Shown piece by piece: positions 1 through 10,729 of a stretch of DNA of 64,000 bases (position 1 is its first letter; each line of letters opens with the position of its first letter). The position numbers and the translations under genes are program-made. Origin of the DNA: an uncultured Poribacteria bacterium (lineage in GTDB: Bacteria; Poribacteria; WGA-4E; WGA-3G); NCBI GenBank assembly GCA_951813565.1, contig OX638351.1:2144001-2208000 (forward strand), in the 5' to 3' direction. The notes under the pieces are model-generated. The model ran no database searches, was not told the origin of the DNA, and worked only from the letters and a program-made list of their open reading frames with translations.

Positions 1-155
1 AAAAGACAATGGTCTTGATCCAGTTATAGTTTATTTTTCTGATATATAATGGAGTTGTGATAGTATGAAAAACAAAATTATGCTCTGCGCCATCTTACTG
101 CTATAACCTTGATCTCCCGCGAAATTTGAAACCACAATTAAGGAAGACAATTATT

Positions 156-1136
156 GTGAATTCAACAGAATTAGATTTTGAAAAATCTCTCATTGAATTG
201 GAACGTCATCTCACACAGCTGGATGCTTTCGCGGAAGAACATCCAGATTTAGACCTCACGGAAGGGATTGCTGCACTGAAACAGAATGCTAACACGCTTA
301 CAAAGCAGACCTTCCAAAAGCTGAGTCGTTGGGATAAAGTGCGATTAGCACGACATCCGCAACGACCACAAGCCTCTTTGTATATCAATGAACTTCTTGA
401 AGAGCCCGTTGAACTTCGTAGCGATAAGTTGTACGGAGATGACCGCGCACTCATCGGTGGCTTCGCATGGTTCGACGAACAACCTATCGTCTACCTTGCC
501 CAACAGAAAGGCACAAACCTTGAAGAACGACAGGAGATGAACTTCGGTTATACACATCCAGAAGGTTACCGAAAAGCAAGACGTTTGATGCAGTTAGCAA
601 ACAAATTCAACCGTCCTTTAATCTGCTTTGTTGATACGCCCGGTGCCCATTTTGATCTCCGTTCCGAAGAATACGGACAAGCGTCAGCGATCGCTGAAAA
701 TCTTGCTGAGATGATGCAGATGCGCGTCCCAATCCTTGTCATTATTATAGGAGAAGGTGGAAGCGGCGGCGCATTGGCAATAGCAGTCGGAAATCGTGTG
801 TTGATGATGGAATATGCTGTCTATTGTGTTGCCCCTCCCGAAGCCTGTAGCGGTATCGTATGGAAAGACAAAGGCGAACACGCGCCTGAAGCAACGGAAG
901 GCTATAAACCCACTGCCCCCGACCTGATTAAGTTAGACATCATTGACCAAATTATTCGTGAACCTCTCGGTGGTGCACATAGAGACCCGGAAGCTGCTGC
1001 TCGCGGCGTCAAGCGTGCAATGCGAAAACATCTCACAGAATTGCTTCAGATGACCGAAGACCAACTCATTCAACAACGTTATGAACGTTACCGAAATCTC
1101 GGACTTTTTGGGGAAGATGACGTTAACCGTACATGA
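156..1136 (+). CDS. accA: Acetyl-CoA carboxylase carboxyltransferase subunit alpha
   Basis: ARHPQRP, PEGYRKA, FVDTPGA, GEGGSGGALA, EPLGGAHRD motifs; GTG at 156 after AGGAAG preferred over TTG at 126. Confidence 0.95.
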   Translation: MNSTELDFEKSLIELERHLTQLDAFAEEHPDLDLTEGIAALKQNANTLTKQTFQKLSRWDKVRLARHPQRPQASLYINELLEEPVELRSDKLYGDDRALIGGFAWFDEQPIVYLAQQKGTNLEERQEMNFGYTHPEGYRKARRLMQLANKFNRPLICFVDTPGAHFDLRSEEYGQASAIAENLAEMMQMRVPILVIIIGEGGSGGALAIAVGNRVLMMEYAVYCVAPPEACSGIVWKDKGEHAPEATEGYKPTAPDLIKLDIIDQIIREPLGGAHRDPEAAARGVKRAMRKHLTELLQMTEDQLIQQRYERYRNLGLFGEDDVNRT

Positions 1137-2263
1137 AGATCCGAACCATCACCACAGGCATCCCATTCCCATTTTCTGTATACCAACTTCAACGTGCTGC
1201 CGAATTTAACACCGCTTGTAGAACTTACTTTGAAGCCAACGACTATGAGGTGCAAACCACACGTGTAAGCTGCCAAATCTGGGATGAACGGCGAGATATA
1301 GATACCATTCTTTCATTAGAAACTGATGCACGAGCATTAGGGATTGAATTTCTCAATTTAGGTACAATCTTTCCGGAGAAACGGCTTACCACAGAGCATC
1401 TTGCACTTGTCGCTGATGTAATTGTACAAAGTGAGATACTCTTTGCCACCGCTACCCTTACAGCACAATCTGGACATGTCGTATCGGATATCGTTGAAAA
1501 AACAGCAGATATTATTCGGCAGATAGCGCACCGAACCGAAGCAGGCTACGGAAATCTCCGCTTCGCAGCGTTGATGAACTGCCCACCAAATACGCCTTTC
1601 TTCCCAGCTGCATTCTGGAATGACACCAGAACTAACTTCGGTATCGGATGGCAAGCGATTGACCTTGTAGAAACCGCTTTCGCTGACGCATCAAATTTAG
1701 AAATTGCGCTGCAAAACCTGAAAGACATCATGGAAACAGAGGGACAAAAAATTGTCGCACTCGCCGAGATGTTTGCAAAGGATTGGGGTATAAAGTTTAT
1801 CGGCATAGACGCTTCTCTTGCACCGATGGGTGATGAAAGTATCGCTTATGCAATGGAACAACAACTTCCCGGTTGCTTTGGTGAAAGTGGCACTTTGACA
1901 GTTGCAGCAGGTATAACACGCACACTTCGTTCGCTCTCGCTACCCTTATGTGGATATTCTGGATTAATGCTCCCTGTGCTTGAAGATGTCGGACTCGGAA
2001 AACGGAGTGAAGAATGTTATTTCAATTTAGACAGTCTGTTACTCTATTCTACCGTTTGCGGTACTGGTCTTGACACAATTCCTATCCCTGGTGATGCTTC
2101 TACATCACAAATCGCTGCTATTTTGACTGATGTTGCTACCCTCTCTATAAGACTTAATAAGCCATTATCAGTCCGTCTTTTTCCCGTTCCCGGACTAAAG
2201 GCAGGCGATATAACGCAGTTTCAGTCCCCTTATTTGACAAACACCGCTGTAATGCAGATATAA
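1133..2263 (+). CDS. DUF711 (UPF0210)-family protein
   Basis: MKIRTIT start, PFFPAA, GIDASLAP, GYSGLMLPVLED, STVCGTGLDTIPIPG, KPLSVRLFP; ATGA overlap with accA. Confidence 0.8.
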   Translation: MKIRTITTGIPFPFSVYQLQRAAEFNTACRTYFEANDYEVQTTRVSCQIWDERRDIDTILSLETDARALGIEFLNLGTIFPEKRLTTEHLALVADVIVQSEILFATATLTAQSGHVVSDIVEKTADIIRQIAHRTEAGYGNLRFAALMNCPPNTPFFPAAFWNDTRTNFGIGWQAIDLVETAFADASNLEIALQNLKDIMETEGQKIVALAEMFAKDWGIKFIGIDASLAPMGDESIAYAMEQQLPGCFGESGTLTVAAGITRTLRSLSLPLCGYSGLMLPVLEDVGLGKRSEECYFNLDSLLLYSTVCGTGLDTIPIPGDASTSQIAAILTDVATLSIRLNKPLSVRLFPVPGLKAGDITQFQSPYLTNTAVMQI

Positions 2264-2475
2264 ACAGGGCACCCTGATTCCGCATCAAGGCTATATTTAA
2301 ACTTTTCAGAACCATTTAATTCCTGCAAAGTACGCTTGTAGGAGGGCTTTGTCCGCCCGATTTATGTTTACGAAAACTGAATAACTCATGAACTTTTTCC
2401 TTGTCAATTGTCAAAGCATCTGGTAAGATAATAGCATATAACAGTTTTGCTGCGACAGGAAAAGGAATCACCGTA

Positions 2476-3933
2476 ATGGCTGACAAACCGCACGTGCTTC
2501 TCATCTCAACAGACCATTGGCCCAACTCGCTGCTCGGCGTCAACGGACATCCAAATATCCAAACACCAACACTTGATTCACTTGCACGCGCTGGCACTCG
2601 TTACACACGCGGCTATAGTGAATGTCCTGTCTGCGTCCCAGCACGAAAAACGTTGATGACAGGAACAACGACACGCACCCACAAAGACAGGGTTTTCAAT
2701 GATCGCAAAGGAATAAATGGACTCCCAACAATCGCACAAACATTTCGAGATGCAGGATATCAAGCTTATGCAGTCGGGAAACTGCATGTCTATCCACAAC
2801 GCGACCGCATCGGATTTGACGATGTGCTTTTAGGTGAAGAAGGCAGATTACAATATGGTGTGATTGACGACTATGAACTCTTTCTTGGCGATAGAGGGTA
2901 TGCTGGACAACAGTTTGCACACGGCATGTGCAATAACGATTATCTCAACCGCCCTTGGCATCTCCCAGAAGATTGCCACGTCACCAACTGGAGCACACAA
3001 CAGATGGTGCGCATGATTAAACGTCGCGACCCAACCCGCCCCGGATTCTGGTTCTTATCCTATTGCCATCCACATCCACCTTTGGCTCCACTTCAGTGTT
3101 ATATGGACATGTATCGAGATATTGATATAGACATGCCTTACCACGGTGAATGGTCTAAAGACACTGAAAAATTACCATTGCCGCTCAAATCACGACAAGC
3201 ACAAGATACACGATACAGCGAAAATCTAATCCGTTCTGCACGCCAAGCATTTTACGCACTCTGCACGCATATTGACCATCAATTACGGGTTGTTGTTGGA
3301 ACGCTACGCGAAGAAGGCATGTTGAACAACACAATCATACTTTTTACGTCTGACCACGGCGATATGCTTGGAAATCATCGGATGTGGGCAAAACGCCTCT
3401 ATTATGAAGATTCTGCGAATGTGCCAATGCTGCTTGTCGGCATTGCAGGTGACGATAGAGTTGGACGCCACAGAGTAGATGATCGACTCGTCGGATGGCA
3501 GGACGTTATGCCGACACTACTCCATCTTGCCGGAGTTGATATACCAGATACAGTTGATGGTATGCCAATGGTAGGTGACAAAAAACGTGAATGGTTATAT
3601 GGTGAAGTCGGTGACGGTAGTAGTGCCACCCGAATGATCCATGAGGGACGCTACAAACTTATCTACTACGCCACCGGAAACTACCGACAACTCTTCGATT
3701 TGGAAGAGGATCCAAGAGAGTTAAACGACTTGTCTAATTCACCCGCGCATGCTGAAATACTTGAGCGATTGACTAACCTTTTAATAGGTGAACTCTATGG
3801 TGGTGATGAAAAATGGGTGCAAGATGGTAAACTTGTCGGTTTGCCTGACCGAGAGTATCGTCCATCTGCGAATCGTAGTTTATCTGGACAGCGTGGGCTT
3901 CACTGGCCGCAATCTCCATCTACCGGACGTTGA
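2476..3933 (+). CDS. Cys-type sulfatase (arylsulfatase/choline-sulfatase-like)
   Basis: CVPAR (CxPxR) formylglycine motif, GKLH, PHPP, SDHG; AAAGGA SD before ATG 2476. Confidence 0.9.
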   Translation: MADKPHVLLISTDHWPNSLLGVNGHPNIQTPTLDSLARAGTRYTRGYSECPVCVPARKTLMTGTTTRTHKDRVFNDRKGINGLPTIAQTFRDAGYQAYAVGKLHVYPQRDRIGFDDVLLGEEGRLQYGVIDDYELFLGDRGYAGQQFAHGMCNNDYLNRPWHLPEDCHVTNWSTQQMVRMIKRRDPTRPGFWFLSYCHPHPPLAPLQCYMDMYRDIDIDMPYHGEWSKDTEKLPLPLKSRQAQDTRYSENLIRSARQAFYALCTHIDHQLRVVVGTLREEGMLNNTIILFTSDHGDMLGNHRMWAKRLYYEDSANVPMLLVGIAGDDRVGRHRVDDRLVGWQDVMPTLLHLAGVDIPDTVDGMPMVGDKKREWLYGEVGDGSSATRMIHEGRYKLIYYATGNYRQLFDLEEDPRELNDLSNSPAHAEILERLTNLLIGELYGGDEKWVQDGKLVGLPDREYRPSANRSLSGQRGLHWPQSPSTGR

Positions 3934-4007
3934 ATGTCTTTACTAAATGTGGTATTTTTTCATGGGTTGATTAAAAACGTTGCAACACTTAGTTTTGGAG
4001 ATGAGTT

Positions 4008-5750
4008 ATGAATTTCAGTGACGAAGATATCAAACGCCACATACGTTTAGGTGAAGATAGCCATTGGGAATTCAAGCAAATTGTGTTCGCAGGAAATAAA
4101 CGCAGGAGTCCCAGTCGTGACGATGTGGCAGACGAACTCGCCGCATTTGCCAACACGAAAGGTGGACTAGTATTATGTGGCGTAATTGATGACAGCGATC
4201 TTCAAGGTATGTCGCGCGAGCAGACGGACGAACTGGAAAGGTTCCTTGTGGAGGTGTGCCTTGACAAGATTACACCCTCCATATATCCTACTATCCTTCG
4301 CAAGAAAATAGAAGATAGTAAACCGTTCCTGCTCGTTGAAATTCCACAAGGATATGCACTGCACAATAGCCCCGGAGGTAGTTTCCATCGAGTTGGCAGT
4401 ACAAAACGACAGATGACAAGCGATGAACAACTACGTCTTGCACAGAAGCGCGCCCAATCCCGGTTCCTCTGGTACGACAAACAGCCGGTCCCAGGCACAG
4501 GTTTTGGTTCATTGGATGAATCTCTTTGGAAACCACTGTTGAGTGCTGAAGGTGCCGCTGCCCCCGAGTTGGCACTGGAGAAGATGGGACTTCTAACTAA
4601 TGACGAAAATGGTGTGACACGCGCTACTGTGGCAGGGGTTCTCTTGTGCACCCGTTCTCCAGAGGAATGGCTCCCCAACGCTTGTATCACTGCAACTTGT
4701 TACCGAGGTAAAGACCGTGCATCTGGACAGATAGATGCGCAAATCATTACAGGTCCATTAAATCGACAAATTGCAGAAGCAGTGGCTTTTACAGTTCGCA
4801 ACATGCGCGTCGGAGCATTCAAGAACCCCGCTCGTATTGACCTGCCTCAATACAGTGAAAAAGCACTCTTTGAAGCAATTGTCAATGCTGTTGCACATCG
4901 CGACTACGCAATTCAAGGCAGTAAGATTAGACTCTCAATGTTCTCTGATCGCATTGAAATCAACTCTCCCGGCAATTTGCCAAACAATCTAACGATTGAT
5001 AGCATGGATGTCCGTCAATCAACGCGAAACGAAGCACTCGCCTCAATGCTCGGACGAATAGCTGTAGAAAGCATCCGAGGATCGGGGGATAGACAATACT
5101 TCATGGAAAGACGTGGAGATGGGGTGCCAATTATCTTACGCGAAACAGAAGCGTTGAGTGGGGAATTGCCTAAGTATCAACTCATTGATGATTCAGACCT
5201 TATTCTCACAATTCCGGCTACTGCCACTGATGCGACAAGTGTAAAAGCATCTGTCCAATGCAATCTTCCCGGCTCCGAAATCCGGAAAGTAGACGTACAA
5301 TTGCTGTTTCAGAATGACGCATTAGCACGTAGATTTACTGCCGGAAGTGGCGATGTGCATATCAAATTGCCTGCTGTAAACCTTCCATTGACAGTGTTCA
5401 TAGCAGCCGATAGTTGCGCTGCACACATCGAACGTAATTGGCTACCAACACAAAGCGAACTTGTCGTTAAAATGCAACCTTTACCGGAAGGAGGATCAGT
5501 CCTCTTTCCAAAGGAAAATGGCAACGTCCTGGGTTTGTCAGGAGAGCTAAACCTGATTAGTGACCCTTATAATCGGATTTCCCTCTATACCTCCAATATC
5601 ACTATTAACCAAGGGCAACCACAGCCAATTCACTGCGTTCCAGGAGAATATCTGCTACTTACCGATGCTAACGGGAATGAATTAATAGTGTGCATCATTG
5701 CTATAGTGGGCAAAGCAGCACTACTGGAATATCGCTCATGCAGCAAATGA
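4008..5750 (+). CDS. AlbA_2/Schlafen-like domain + HATPase_c_4-type domain protein with unrecognised C-terminal extension
   Basis: GEDSHWEFK, AFANTKGG, EAIVNAVAHRDY, DRIEINSPG, ERRGDGV. Confidence 0.8.
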   Translation: MNFSDEDIKRHIRLGEDSHWEFKQIVFAGNKRRSPSRDDVADELAAFANTKGGLVLCGVIDDSDLQGMSREQTDELERFLVEVCLDKITPSIYPTILRKKIEDSKPFLLVEIPQGYALHNSPGGSFHRVGSTKRQMTSDEQLRLAQKRAQSRFLWYDKQPVPGTGFGSLDESLWKPLLSAEGAAAPELALEKMGLLTNDENGVTRATVAGVLLCTRSPEEWLPNACITATCYRGKDRASGQIDAQIITGPLNRQIAEAVAFTVRNMRVGAFKNPARIDLPQYSEKALFEAIVNAVAHRDYAIQGSKIRLSMFSDRIEINSPGNLPNNLTIDSMDVRQSTRNEALASMLGRIAVESIRGSGDRQYFMERRGDGVPIILRETEALSGELPKYQLIDDSDLILTIPATATDATSVKASVQCNLPGSEIRKVDVQLLFQNDALARRFTAGSGDVHIKLPAVNLPLTVFIAADSCAAHIERNWLPTQSELVVKMQPLPEGGSVLFPKENGNVLGLSGELNLISDPYNRISLYTSNITINQGQPQPIHCVPGEYLLLTDANGNELIVCIIAIVGKAALLEYRSCSK

Positions 5751-5785
5751 ATGAAAATGACAGGAAAGATTCGTTTCATACATCC

Positions 5786-5814
5786 TTGACAAAAGAGTAA
5801 GAATTCGTTACACT
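5786..5814 (+). promoter_or_regulatory. Sigma70-type promoter
   Basis: TTGACA-17 nt-TACACT upstream of the STAS gene. Confidence 0.6.
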
Positions 5815-5869
5815 AAAATTATTAAAACCATCTCCGCGTGTAAATGCGGACTAACTATGAGGGAGAAAT

Positions 5870-6223
5870 ATGTTAGCAGAAATACGTCACAGAGAAGGTG
5901 TTATTATTATCCGTCCCACTGGTCGCATGATCGGTGCAGCAAATGTTGAGATTAGACAGCAAATCCATGAAGAGCTTGAGGAGCACTTCGAATCACCAAA
6001 GGTCATTTTTAACCTTGAGGAGGTTACTCGAATGGATAGTAGCGGCTTAGGAACACTCGTTTCCGTGCACGTTACTATTACACGCAAGGGAGGACGCACT
6101 GCACTCGTCAATGCAGGCGCGCACATCAGAAACCTACTCGTCCTTGGAAGGTTAGCGACTGTTTTTGAAAACTACGACAGTGAAGAGGAAGCAATCCTTG
6201 AACTGAGCGCTGACAAGAGTTAG
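5870..6223 (+). CDS. STAS-domain anti-sigma factor antagonist
   Basis: VTRMDSSGLGTLV phosphoacceptor motif, 117 aa. Confidence 0.9.
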   Translation: MLAEIRHREGVIIIRPTGRMIGAANVEIRQQIHEELEEHFESPKVIFNLEEVTRMDSSGLGTLVSVHVTITRKGGRTALVNAGAHIRNLLVLGRLATVFENYDSEEEAILELSADKS

Positions 6224-6307
6224 GGTTTTTATTTTCAACCATTTGCACTGCTATTAGCAGCTAAGTCGTGCTGCTCATATCACGATTGAACGAGATTAAG
6301 GAGATTC

Positions 6308-7465
6308 ATGGCAAATCAGAACGACCTTACACTTACTGTCAACGCAGGTTTCCACAACCGGGATGGATGTCCTGTAGTCATTAATGTTGACCATCCCGAA
6401 ATTAGTAAATTTTCTGAACGAGATGTCATCCTAACAGATTCAGAGAGCGGAGATGTTATCTCTGCGCAATGCTACACGAGTTCCGATGGCCTGTCTACCA
6501 CTTTAGCATGGGTATTGAACGGTCTCGCCGCAGGGGCTTCGCGCACCTATACGCTTTCAGAGGGAACTGTTGACGGTGAGGCAGGCGTTGAATTAAAAGA
6601 TGGGTCTGAAACGATAGACATCACGCTCAACGGAAGGCACTTCACAACGTTTCGCTACAGCAAAGCACAATATCGCCCTTATTTTTTCCCTGTATTGGGA
6701 CCAAATGGATGTGAAGTAACGCGAGGTGAAACAAGCGACATCTCAAAAGACCATGTCCATCACCGTTCACTCTACGTGGCTTACGGTGAAGTCAATGATA
6801 TTGACCTGTGGGGAGAAGGCAGCAATTCCGGACGGGTGGTGCATCAAAATTTCACTCAAAAACACGGTGGGGCTGTTGTCAGTAGAATTTATACTGGCAA
6901 CAACTGGGAAACCAAAGACGGTGAAGTTTTGATGACAGATAAGCAGAACTTCCGTATCTATAACCTACCTGAGGATGGGGCTGTTGTTGACCTTGATTTG
7001 AGTTTTATTGCCTCTGCTGGTGATGTCCATTTTGGGGACACAAAAGAAGGCGGCATCATGTCAATTCGAGTTCATCCATCAATGAACGCATCAGATGGCG
7101 GCAAGATCGAAAATGCTTTCGGCGGTATCAACGAAGCTGAAACTTGGGGTAAACGTGCCAACTGGTGCGATTATTCCGGTGTCGTTGATGGTACACCAGT
7201 TGGACTTGCTGTATTTGATCACATTGTTAATCCGCGGTATCCGACATATTGGCATGTTCGTAACTACGGATTGATGGGAAGTAACATTTTTGGGAGCGGC
7301 ACCTTTGAAAGAGACGCATCCAAAGACGGTTCCTATACGCTAAAAGAAGGTGAGGAGATGCACTTCCGATTCCGTGTCCTTATTCATGCTGGTGATGCCA
7401 CGGCAGGCAAGGTTGCACAAAAGTATCACGATTTTATCAATCCTCCGACCGTTGAAATTTCCTGA
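6308..7465 (+). CDS. PmoA-like/DUF6807 family protein
   Basis: RPYFFPV, DHVHHRSL, DTKEGG, WHVRNYGL motifs. Confidence 0.75.
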   Translation: MANQNDLTLTVNAGFHNRDGCPVVINVDHPEISKFSERDVILTDSESGDVISAQCYTSSDGLSTTLAWVLNGLAAGASRTYTLSEGTVDGEAGVELKDGSETIDITLNGRHFTTFRYSKAQYRPYFFPVLGPNGCEVTRGETSDISKDHVHHRSLYVAYGEVNDIDLWGEGSNSGRVVHQNFTQKHGGAVVSRIYTGNNWETKDGEVLMTDKQNFRIYNLPEDGAVVDLDLSFIASAGDVHFGDTKEGGIMSIRVHPSMNASDGGKIENAFGGINEAETWGKRANWCDYSGVVDGTPVGLAVFDHIVNPRYPTYWHVRNYGLMGSNIFGSGTFERDASKDGSYTLKEGEEMHFRFRVLIHAGDATAGKVAQKYHDFINPPTVEIS

Positions 7466-7594
7466 AAATATGTGAACATTTCCCTTGGTCTGTAGGCGCG
7501 TTTTGTAAACGCGCTGTTAATAGAATATAAATTAGTTCACTATAAATTCAATCACATAGCATAGGGACAGTGCGTCTACAAAGGAGACTGATAT

Positions 7595-8662
7595 ATGGCA
7601 ATACCAACTATCCATGTTGGCTGTACACATTTCGCACACGGACGTCTACAAGCACAAGTCAATTCGCACGGATTTGAGCCTGTTGCATGTGTAGACATCA
7701 ACCTTGAAGCTGCAAAAAAAGGCGTTGAATCAATAAACGGTGCGCCTGAAGGTTTGTCAGACTGTATCTATACAACAATCACTGAGGCAAAAGAGAAGCA
7801 CGACGCAGAAGCGTGTCTTATCTACGCATCAACAACAGTTCATGCTAAATTAATCGTAGAAAGTTTGAACCTCGGCATGCACACGCTCTGTGTGAAACCG
7901 ATTGCAACAACACAAGCAGAATTCCACGACATCATCCAAGCGCACAAGGCAAACCCTGGAACAATATTGGTACAGGGACAAAACAAACGCTGGAATCCAG
8001 CCGCCGCGAAAATGCGCGAATGGCTCAGAGAAGAAGGCGGCATCGGTGAGATGTTAGGTGGCGAATGTCGGTTCTGGATACGCCAAAATCTGTTTACCGG
8101 ACCCGATTCTCGGCAACCTGATGCTTACGTTGATGGGCTATATTTCCACGCAGGCTGCAGCCATCAACTTGACCAACTTGTTGGAGCGAAAGGTCTTCCC
8201 AAGTACGTTACTGCCCAAGTTCATAACCGTCGCGACCCCTCATTAGGACAGATTGATGCGTGGGGAACTGCAGGTGGAAACGCCTTGATGGAATACGATA
8301 ACGGCGCACCATTCACGTATGCTGGGACCCGTGCGGGCCACATGGGGGCTTACGGATGGAGCGGAAGTTGGACATTCCACGGAGAAGATGGTGACCTACG
8401 CAGAGATGGGGGACACCTGCAACTTTTCCGAACTGGACAAAATGTTGAAGACCTTACGCTACAAGACCTCCACGGCGGTTTAATTGAAGACGACAGACTC
8501 CAATTTGATGCTTTTGCTGAAGCGATCGCTACAGGTAAAGACAGAGAGTGGATACAAGATAGCACACTCGGCACATGGATATTGATGGAAGCGTGCAACG
8601 AATCTGCCCGCACACATGAACGCGTTGATGTTGAGGCGTTCACACAGAAGATGTTGGCTTAG
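7595..8662 (+). CDS. Gfo/Idh/MocA-family oxidoreductase
   Basis: HTLCVKP (EKP-like) motif, GQNKRW, HQLD; AAGGAG SD. Confidence 0.75.
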   Translation: MAIPTIHVGCTHFAHGRLQAQVNSHGFEPVACVDINLEAAKKGVESINGAPEGLSDCIYTTITEAKEKHDAEACLIYASTTVHAKLIVESLNLGMHTLCVKPIATTQAEFHDIIQAHKANPGTILVQGQNKRWNPAAAKMREWLREEGGIGEMLGGECRFWIRQNLFTGPDSRQPDAYVDGLYFHAGCSHQLDQLVGAKGLPKYVTAQVHNRRDPSLGQIDAWGTAGGNALMEYDNGAPFTYAGTRAGHMGAYGWSGSWTFHGEDGDLRRDGGHLQLFRTGQNVEDLTLQDLHGGLIEDDRLQFDAFAEAIATGKDREWIQDSTLGTWILMEACNESARTHERVDVEAFTQKMLA

Positions 8663-8676
8663 TCCGGAGGTTACAG

Positions 8677-10305
8677 ATGCAATCACCACACGGTTCAGCG
8701 TTTCGTCCCTCTGTGATGGGCAGAAACGGCATGGTTACATCAGGACACGTACTTGCCTCACAAGCAGGCATCCAAACAATGATGGCAGGTGGCAACGCTG
8801 TTGACGCTGCCATCGCGACTGCCGCCGCGCTCGGTGTCGTGGAACCTGCAGGTTCTGGTGTCGGTGGAGATGGATTTATTCTCATCTATTGGGCAGAAAC
8901 AGGACAGGTAGCCGCTGTCAATGCAACAGGACCTGCCCCCCGTGCTGCAACACGCGAGACCTATCTCAAAAACGGTGGCATTCCGATGAAAGGCATGCGG
9001 AGTGTTTCGGTGCCAGGGCTTGTTGACGGATGGCTGCTTGCACACGAACGTTATGGCACACTAAAGTTAGAAGAAGTTTTTGCCCCTGCAATTTCCCTTT
9101 GCGAAGAAGGATTTCCAGTGAGTCATAGACTCGCGGGTGGTCTGAGAGGTGAAAACGCTCGTTTCGCTGCTGAACCAGACAGCCGCGCTATTTTTACGAA
9201 TGATGGCGAACCGATCCCCGCAGGTGAACTCCTTGCCAATCCCAATCTCGGCACAACCCTCCGCAAAATCGCTAAAGATGGCAGAGAAACATTCTACGAA
9301 GGCGAAATTGCTAAGGAAATTGCTGAATTCAGTCATGCATACAACGGACTATTAACAGCAGAAGACCTCGCAAACTACCATGCCCACTGGGACGAACCGA
9401 TACACGTAAGTTATCGCGGTTACGAAGTCTATGAAATGCCGCCTAATTCAAGTGGACATATCTTATTGCAAGAATTGAACGTTGTAGAATTGTTTGATTT
9501 GCAAGCATTGGGATGCAATACTGCAGAAAGTGTTCATCTGATGGTTGAAGCAAAAAAACTCGCCTTTGCTGACAGAGAAAAATATATGGCAGACCCAAAT
9601 TGGGTAGATGTTCCCATAGAAGGCATGTTATCTAAATCTTACGCTGCTGAACAGGCAGAACGGATAGATTTGGAGAAGGCCGCTGTTGATGTCCCCGCAG
9701 GCGGACCGGAAGCACACGAAGATACTACCTGTTTCTGTACTGCTGATCGCGCAGGAAATCTTGTCTGTGTACTGCAGAGTATCCAATCTGGCTTCGGTTC
9801 CAGCTTGGTAGCGGGTGATACAGGCATTCTGCTAAACAACCGAATGACCTATTGGCATTTGGAAGAGGAACATCCGAACTGTCTGATGCCGGGCAAACGT
9901 GTGCGACACACAATGAACCCTGTTATTGTTACAAAAGATGGCAAACCCGTATTAGCGTGTGGCACACCGGGCGCAGATACACAGGTACAAACTAACCTTC
10001 AGTTAGTCACGCATATTCTTGACTTTGGCATGACACCGCAAGAGGCAGTTTCTGCGCCGCGCTGGCGCAGTCTCCAGAATCCAATGGAATCGACTATCCC
10101 GCACACCTGTTCTAATCACCTCCAATTAGAAACACGATTTTCGTCAGATACTCAAGAGGGTTTAGCAGAAAGAGGGCATGAACTCCAACTTGTCGGGGAT
10201 TGGGGCGGTCCAGGCAGTGCGCAGGTGATCAAGCTTCATTCTGAATCAGGCGCGCTTATCGGTGGATCTGATCCAAGAACTGATGGGTATGCTGTCACTT
10301 TTTAG
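8677..10305 (+). CDS. ggt: Gamma-glutamyltransferase
   Basis: GGNAVDAAIA, SVPG, PPNSSG, DTT autocleavage Thr, LNNRM, GTPG, GGSDPRTDG. Confidence 0.92.
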   Translation: MQSPHGSAFRPSVMGRNGMVTSGHVLASQAGIQTMMAGGNAVDAAIATAAALGVVEPAGSGVGGDGFILIYWAETGQVAAVNATGPAPRAATRETYLKNGGIPMKGMRSVSVPGLVDGWLLAHERYGTLKLEEVFAPAISLCEEGFPVSHRLAGGLRGENARFAAEPDSRAIFTNDGEPIPAGELLANPNLGTTLRKIAKDGRETFYEGEIAKEIAEFSHAYNGLLTAEDLANYHAHWDEPIHVSYRGYEVYEMPPNSSGHILLQELNVVELFDLQALGCNTAESVHLMVEAKKLAFADREKYMADPNWVDVPIEGMLSKSYAAEQAERIDLEKAAVDVPAGGPEAHEDTTCFCTADRAGNLVCVLQSIQSGFGSSLVAGDTGILLNNRMTYWHLEEEHPNCLMPGKRVRHTMNPVIVTKDGKPVLACGTPGADTQVQTNLQLVTHILDFGMTPQEAVSAPRWRSLQNPMESTIPHTCSNHLQLETRFSSDTQEGLAERGHELQLVGDWGGPGSAQVIKLHSESGALIGGSDPRTDGYAVTF

Positions 10306-10424
10306 TTGAATTGGTCTCATTAGTATTGACGGAACAGATATTCGTAGCGTAATATGTCTTTGACGATTAATTTTGCTTGATTTCTTTGGAAATTGGATAT
10401 TCTACATATCATTGATTCCGCAGT

Positions 10425-10709
10425 GTGGTGAAAAAAGTTGCCATCCACTACCACAACATCAATATTGAGTTAGAACCCATGCAACCGGGGGACGTTATTA
10501 TATTCGGGTTATATATGATGCACAGCAGTGCTCCCAATCGCTCTGACCACCCTCGCATCAACAATGATACGCGATACCAACTCGTTCACGAAGAGAATGA
10601 TTACCGATTCTCTTTTCATAAGGACGGGAGTTGGCTTGGTAATTTCTACAACAAAGGTGCAAGTTGCAAACCGATGGTGAAACCCAGTCGAGAATGGGGA
10701 TTGAAATGA
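10425..10709 (+). pseudogene. C-terminal relic of a phytanoyl-CoA dioxygenase (PhyH)-family gene
   Basis: MQPGDVIIF..MHSSAPNRSDHPRI..DTRYQ present; N-terminal HxD half absent. Confidence 0.6.
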
Positions 10710-10729
10710 ACTGCAACAAGGAGAATCGT

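Noticed and set aside
6308..7465. Methane monooxygenase subunit
   Set aside because: The PmoA label for this soluble beta-rich family is nominal; no TM helices and no pmoB/pmoC
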